A DNA stretch of 64,000 nt. Source: an uncultured Clostridia bacterium. Lineage in GTDB: Bacteria; Bacillota; Clostridia; UBA1381. Below, one piece after another: positions 60,279 through 64,000 of this stretch (the stretch's first letter is position 1; each line of letters begins with the position of its first letter). The stretch lies in contig CAMOOX010000001.1 of assembly GCA_946621875.1 (NCBI GenBank), forward strand, positions 6,280 through 70,279, in the 5' to 3' direction. A program made the position numbers and the translations under genes. The notes below the pieces were generated by a model that saw only the letters and a program-made list of their open reading frames with translations, was not told the DNA's origin and did no database searches.

Positions 60279-60299
60279 GTAATATTATTTTTATATTAC
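60279..60299. repeat. Inverted repeat GTAATAT-N7-ATATTAC upstream of the recombinase gene
   Basis: 7-bp perfect arms (60279-60285 and 60293-60299) around TATTTTT. AT-rich, so chance occurrence is not negligible. Confidence 0.4.
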
Positions 60300-60371
60300 C
60301 TATGGACTAAATGGAAATAATATAGTAAAATATATTTGTAGAATTGTATTCAAAACGGAAAGGGTGATAGA

Positions 60372-60728
60372 ATGTCAATTTTGATTAACAGCAGTTTGGG
60401 TGAAGTGTCGGTTGATAACAATGTCGTCGCATCTATTGCAGGCGCAGTAGCAACAAAATGCTACGGCGTTGTGGGTATGGCTGCAAAAAATAAAAAAGAC
60501 GGCGTTATAAGACTTTTAAAAAGAGATAATATGTCAAGGGGAATATCGGTCAGTGTTTCTGAAAATGGGATAGTTATTGACCTTCATATTATTGTTGAAT
60601 ACGGAGTTAATATAAACGCAATATGTGACAGTATTGTGCATAATGTTCAGTATCAGCTTGAACATAATACGGGACTAAAAGTAACCAAAGTGAATGTTTT
60701 GGTTGAATCTGTGAGAGTTAAGGAGTAG
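60372..60728 (+). CDS. Asp23/Gls24-family envelope stress protein (YloU-like)
   Basis: 118 aa. ..VVASIAGAVATKCYGVVGM.. and ..VNVLVESV.. patterns. Precedes a DAK2 gene, as in yloU-yloV. Confidence 0.88.
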   Translation: MSILINSSLGEVSVDNNVVASIAGAVATKCYGVVGMAAKNKKDGVIRLLKRDNMSRGISVSVSENGIVIDLHIIVEYGVNINAICDSIVHNVQYQLEHNTGLKVTKVNVLVESVRVKE

Positions 60729-60733
60729 CAAAT

Positions 60734-62341
60734 ATGATAGACGGAAAATTGCTTGCACAGATGTTTTTGTCCGGTGCAAATAATTTATATAATAATCGCC
60801 AATTAGTAGATGAACTTAATGTTTTTCCCGTTCCTGACGGTGATACGGGAACGAATATGTCAATGACTGCGCAGAATATGGCAAAATCACTTTTGGAGGT
60901 ACAGTCCGATTCTGTTACAAGAATAGCGGACATTATGTCCTTTGCAACTTTAAGGGGTGCAAGGGGTAATTCTGGTGTTATCCTGTCGCAGTTTTTCAGA
61001 GGCATTGCAAAAAGTTTAAAAGGAAAAAACGAATGCGATGCACATGAGCTTGCAGAAGCTCTTATGCAAGGCTCGGAGGTTGCATATAATGCTGTAATGA
61101 ACCCTACCGAGGGAACTATTCTGACTGTTGCAAAGGCGGCGGCAAAGGCAGCGGAAAGTGCGGAAAATGATGTTTTAGCGGTATTTACAGCGGCGGCAGA
61201 GGAAGGAAAGGCAACTCTTTTAAAAACACCTGAAATGCTTCCTACACTTAAAAAAGCGGGTGTTGTTGACGCAGGCGGTCAAGGCTGGGTATTTATTTTG
61301 GAGGGAGCTTTATACTACTTAAAAACGAGCAAAATCATAGAATGCGATAAAAAAGACGAACCTGAAAAGAACCAAAAAACCGAATCAGCGCAGAAAAAGG
61401 TAAGCGATCAGAATATTAAGTTTATGTACTGCACGGAATTCATAGTAGAAAAGCGCGAGAGTGGTGCAGATGTGCTGAATTTCAAGCACGCAATTGAAAA
61501 AATCGGGGATTCCATGCTGGTAATTGACGATGACGATATAGTGAAGGTGCATATTCATACCAATAACCCCGGATTTGTGCTTGAAAATGCAATAAAGCTC
61601 GGAACAATGATAAACATAAAAATCGATAATATGAAGCATCAGCACCAGTCCCTTATTGAAAAGGAAGAGCCTGAAAAAGAGGAAAAGGAATACGGATTTG
61701 TGACAGTATGCGCAGGCGAAGGGATAGCTAAAATTTTTAAGGATTTAGGAGCCGATTCCATTATTGAGGGCGGTCAGACGATGAACCCAAGCACCGATGA
61801 TATTTTAAAAGCTGCAAGCGGCATAAATGCAAAAACAATATTTGTTTTTCCTAATAATAAGAATATCATTCTTGCGGCAAATCAGGCTATGGAAATCTCG
61901 CAAAAACATATTGTTGTTATTCCTACAAAATCTATTCCCGAAGGCGTTTGCGCTATGATGAAATTCAGCAGTGCAAAAAGCGAAAAGGACAACGAAGCGG
62001 CAATGAATAAGGCAGCAAAGAATGTGACTGCCGCGCAGATTACCTTTGCCGTGCGCGATACCGAGTCAGATGGCAAAACAATTAAAAAGGACGATATTTT
62101 AGGTATATCCGGCGGAAAAATAAAGGAAGTCGGTAAAAACCCACAAGATGTACTTTTGGGCATTTTAGACGGAATTGTAACAGACGACAGCGAATTTATA
62201 ACTATATATTATGGCGAGGACATAAAAAAGGAAGATGCAGAGACTGCGGCAGAAAAAATAGAGGAAAAGTTCGAGGATGCGGAAGTATTTGTAAAGTATG
62301 GAGGACAACCGCTTTACTACTATATAATTTCTGTTGAATAG
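60734..62341 (+). CDS. DAK2-domain protein (YloV-like, with a DegV-like C-terminal half)
   Basis: 535 aa. VFPVPDGDTGTNM and RGARGNSG DAK2 motifs. Confidence 0.9.
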   Translation: MIDGKLLAQMFLSGANNLYNNRQLVDELNVFPVPDGDTGTNMSMTAQNMAKSLLEVQSDSVTRIADIMSFATLRGARGNSGVILSQFFRGIAKSLKGKNECDAHELAEALMQGSEVAYNAVMNPTEGTILTVAKAAAKAAESAENDVLAVFTAAAEEGKATLLKTPEMLPTLKKAGVVDAGGQGWVFILEGALYYLKTSKIIECDKKDEPEKNQKTESAQKKVSDQNIKFMYCTEFIVEKRESGADVLNFKHAIEKIGDSMLVIDDDDIVKVHIHTNNPGFVLENAIKLGTMINIKIDNMKHQHQSLIEKEEPEKEEKEYGFVTVCAGEGIAKIFKDLGADSIIEGGQTMNPSTDDILKAASGINAKTIFVFPNNKNIILAANQAMEISQKHIVVIPTKSIPEGVCAMMKFSSAKSEKDNEAAMNKAAKNVTAAQITFAVRDTESDGKTIKKDDILGISGGKIKEVGKNPQDVLLGILDGIVTDDSEFITIYYGEDIKKEDAETAAEKIEEKFEDAEVFVKYGGQPLYYYIISVE

Positions 62342-62344
62342 CTT

Positions 62345-64000
62345 ATGAAAAGCATAGAAACCTTACGGGGCGCAGGACCTTCAAGAACAAAAATCTTTGA
62401 AAAAAAGGGAATAAAAACGGTAGAGGAACTTTTGTACTATTTTCCGAGGGCATATGAGGACAGAACGCATTTCTGCGACATAAAAGATGCTAATGATGGG
62501 GAATTTGTGTGCATTTGCGCTACCGTTTATTCTCCTGCCCGCGAAACCCGCATAAGGAAAAATTTTACAATATACCAAATGACGGTATTTGATGATTCGG
62601 GACAAATAAAGGTTTTATGGTACAATAACCGTTTTGTAAAAGGTGCATTTAAAACGGGTGATAATGTTCTGTTTTACGGCAAAGTGTCTGTAAAAGGACG
62701 GCAAAAACAACTTGAAAATCCCATTTATGAACAGCAGGAAAAACAGCGCTTTATCGGAAAAATTGTGCCTATTTATCCGCTTTCGGGGAATCTTACGCAA
62801 AAGGTTGTCGCATCTTTGATGGAGGAGGCGATAAAAAGCGCAGGCACTTTATCCGAATATATTCCAAGCGCTATTCGGCAAAAATACGGAATAAGCGAAA
62901 TAAATTATGCTATGAAAAACATACATTTTCCCGAAACCTTTTATGATTATCAGGCGGCACGGAAAAGATTTGTTTTTGAGGAGCTTTTTCTTCTGCGCTT
63001 AGCGCTGTCAGCAAGACGTAAAACAAACGAAAAGCAAAAAAGAACACCCTTTTCTGATACAGAATGTGTCAATGAATTTGTAAATTCACTTTCCTATACT
63101 CTTACCAATGCCCAAAAGCGCGTTTTGGGCGAGATTTTGGCGGATTTTAAGAAAAATACCGCGATGAACAGGCTTTTGGAGGGCGATGTCGGCTCAGGTA
63201 AAACCGTTGTTGCGGCGGCGGCTATGTTTGTGGCGTACAAAAACGGCTATCAGTCTGTTATAATGGCACCAACAGAAATTCTTGCATTTCAGCATTTTGA
63301 AACATTTTCAAAGTTTTTTTTGGGAACAGATATAAAAATTGCTCTGCTTACCAAAAGCACAAAGAATAAGCAGCAGATGTATGAAAAAATACAAACAGGT
63401 GAGTATGATATAGTAATTGGCACAAATGCCGTAATTTCGGACAAAGTAGCATATAAAAATCTTGGACTTTGCGTAACGGATGAACAGCATCGTTTTGGTG
63501 TTTCGCAAAGGGCAAGATTATCTGAAAAGGGCGAAAATCCAAATAGCCTGATAATGACGGCAACGCCTATTCCGAGAACGCTTTCCCTAATACTTTACGG
63601 CGATTTGGACATATCTGTTTTGGACGAGATGCCCCCGGGACGAAAGCCTGTTTTAACCTATGCTGTTGGCGAAAATATGAGGGAAAGGGTTTATGCCTTT
63701 GTCAGGAAAAATGTAGAAAACGGTATGCAGGCATATGTTGTATGTCCCCTTATTGAAGAAAGCGAAACACAGGACTTAAAAAATGCAAAAAGCATTTTTG
63801 ATGGACTTATAAAGAAATTCCCTGATTTAAAAATCGGACTTATGCACGGTAAAATGAAAGCGTCCGAAAAGGACGCTGTAATGCAGGATTTTTTAGATGC
63901 AAAAACAAGCATACTTGTTTCAACCACGGTTATTGAAGTAGGAGTAAATGTTCCCAATAGTAATATTATGATTATTGAAAATGCAGAGCGGTTCGGACTT
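62345..64000 (+). CDS. recG: ATP-dependent DNA helicase RecG, 3' end cut by the window edge
   Basis: Not in the ORF track because there is no stop before nt 64000. ATG at 62345, MKSIETLRGAGPSRTKIFEKKGI.. start, wedge domain, Walker A GDVGSGKT, DEQH box (VTDEQHRFGV). The frame stays open for 552 codons to the window end. Confidence 0.92.
   Translation, partial: MKSIETLRGAGPSRTKIFEKKGIKTVEELLYYFPRAYEDRTHFCDIKDANDGEFVCICATVYSPARETRIRKNFTIYQMTVFDDSGQIKVLWYNNRFVKGAFKTGDNVLFYGKVSVKGRQKQLENPIYEQQEKQRFIGKIVPIYPLSGNLTQKVVASLMEEAIKSAGTLSEYIPSAIRQKYGISEINYAMKNIHFPETFYDYQAARKRFVFEELFLLRLALSARRKTNEKQKRTPFSDTECVNEFVNSLSYTLTNAQKRVLGEILADFKKNTAMNRLLEGDVGSGKTVVAAAAMFVAYKNGYQSVIMAPTEILAFQHFETFSKFFLGTDIKIALLTKSTKNKQQMYEKIQTGEYDIVIGTNAVISDKVAYKNLGLCVTDEQHRFGVSQRARLSEKGENPNSLIMTATPIPRTLSLILYGDLDISVLDEMPPGRKPVLTYAVGENMRERVYAFVRKNVENGMQAYVVCPLIEESETQDLKNAKSIFDGLIKKFPDLKIGLMHGKMKASEKDAVMQDFLDAKTSILVSTTVIEVGVNVPNSNIMIIENAERFGL

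Noticed and set aside
59109-60371. Integrase as a marker of a prophage, genomic island or dif/terminus locus
   Set aside because: Both flanks are conserved housekeeping genes with their own terminators. I saw no direct repeats or att-like duplications and no phage or transfer genes. Gene orientation stays on the plus strand on both sides, which argues against the replication terminus. I keep it only as a lone-recombinase observation.

Overview
This 64-kb window is a low-GC Firmicutes chromosome segment. It looks Clostridia-like and probably comes from a spore-former, judging by the YlmC/YmxH, WhiA and ylm/divIVA cluster; I cannot name the species. It is almost entirely core housekeeping genes: about 63 CDS, 10 of them on the minus strand. 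In order, the blocks are:
- asnB(partial)-gltB-gltD-pyrG
- an Rrf2 regulator plus metY-cysK
- a small HTH / small acidic protein pair
- an atypical ClpC-like ATPase
- rlmH, an MBL hydrolase, murA and rpmB
- hprK-murB-rapZ-whiA-dnaE
- an orphan TRAP (MtrB) homologue plus a small ORF absent from the track
- pfkA and glucokinase
- the division cluster engB, HlyD-like, yggS, sepF, ylmH, divIVA, ileS, lspA, rluD, ddl, murI
- DUF1934, an S41 peptidase, glyA, ClbS-like and rex
- an FG-GAP propeller plus a second small HTH
- ylmC, then a lysine riboswitch and lysA
- asd-dapA-dapB, a SLOG protein and ldh
- a four-gene Na+-pumping oxaloacetate decarboxylase followed by tyrS
- metK, then nfeD, SPFH and mrp
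- a lone tyrosine recombinase
- asp23, a DAK2 protein and recG (partial; open at the window end, so missing from the ORF track)

I found no rRNA, tRNA, CRISPR array, IS element or prophage. One known riboswitch (L-box) is clear, and several consensus sigma-A promoters and intrinsic terminators can be read directly.

I do not see a convincing multi-gene novel system in this window. The best leads are single-locus oddities:
- the orphan TRAP with an Arg-to-Asn change in its RNA-contact triad
- a structured metY-cysK leader containing an upstream ORF (uORF), with no S-box or T-box
- a Clp ATPase whose N-domain is replaced by a McsA-like zinc ribbon
- a signal-peptide-less FG-GAP/SLH protein paired with a small HTH
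- a SLOG gene translationally coupled to dapB
- a lone XerS-like recombinase with nearby palindromes

All functional calls rest on motif and family recognition by eye, not on database searches.
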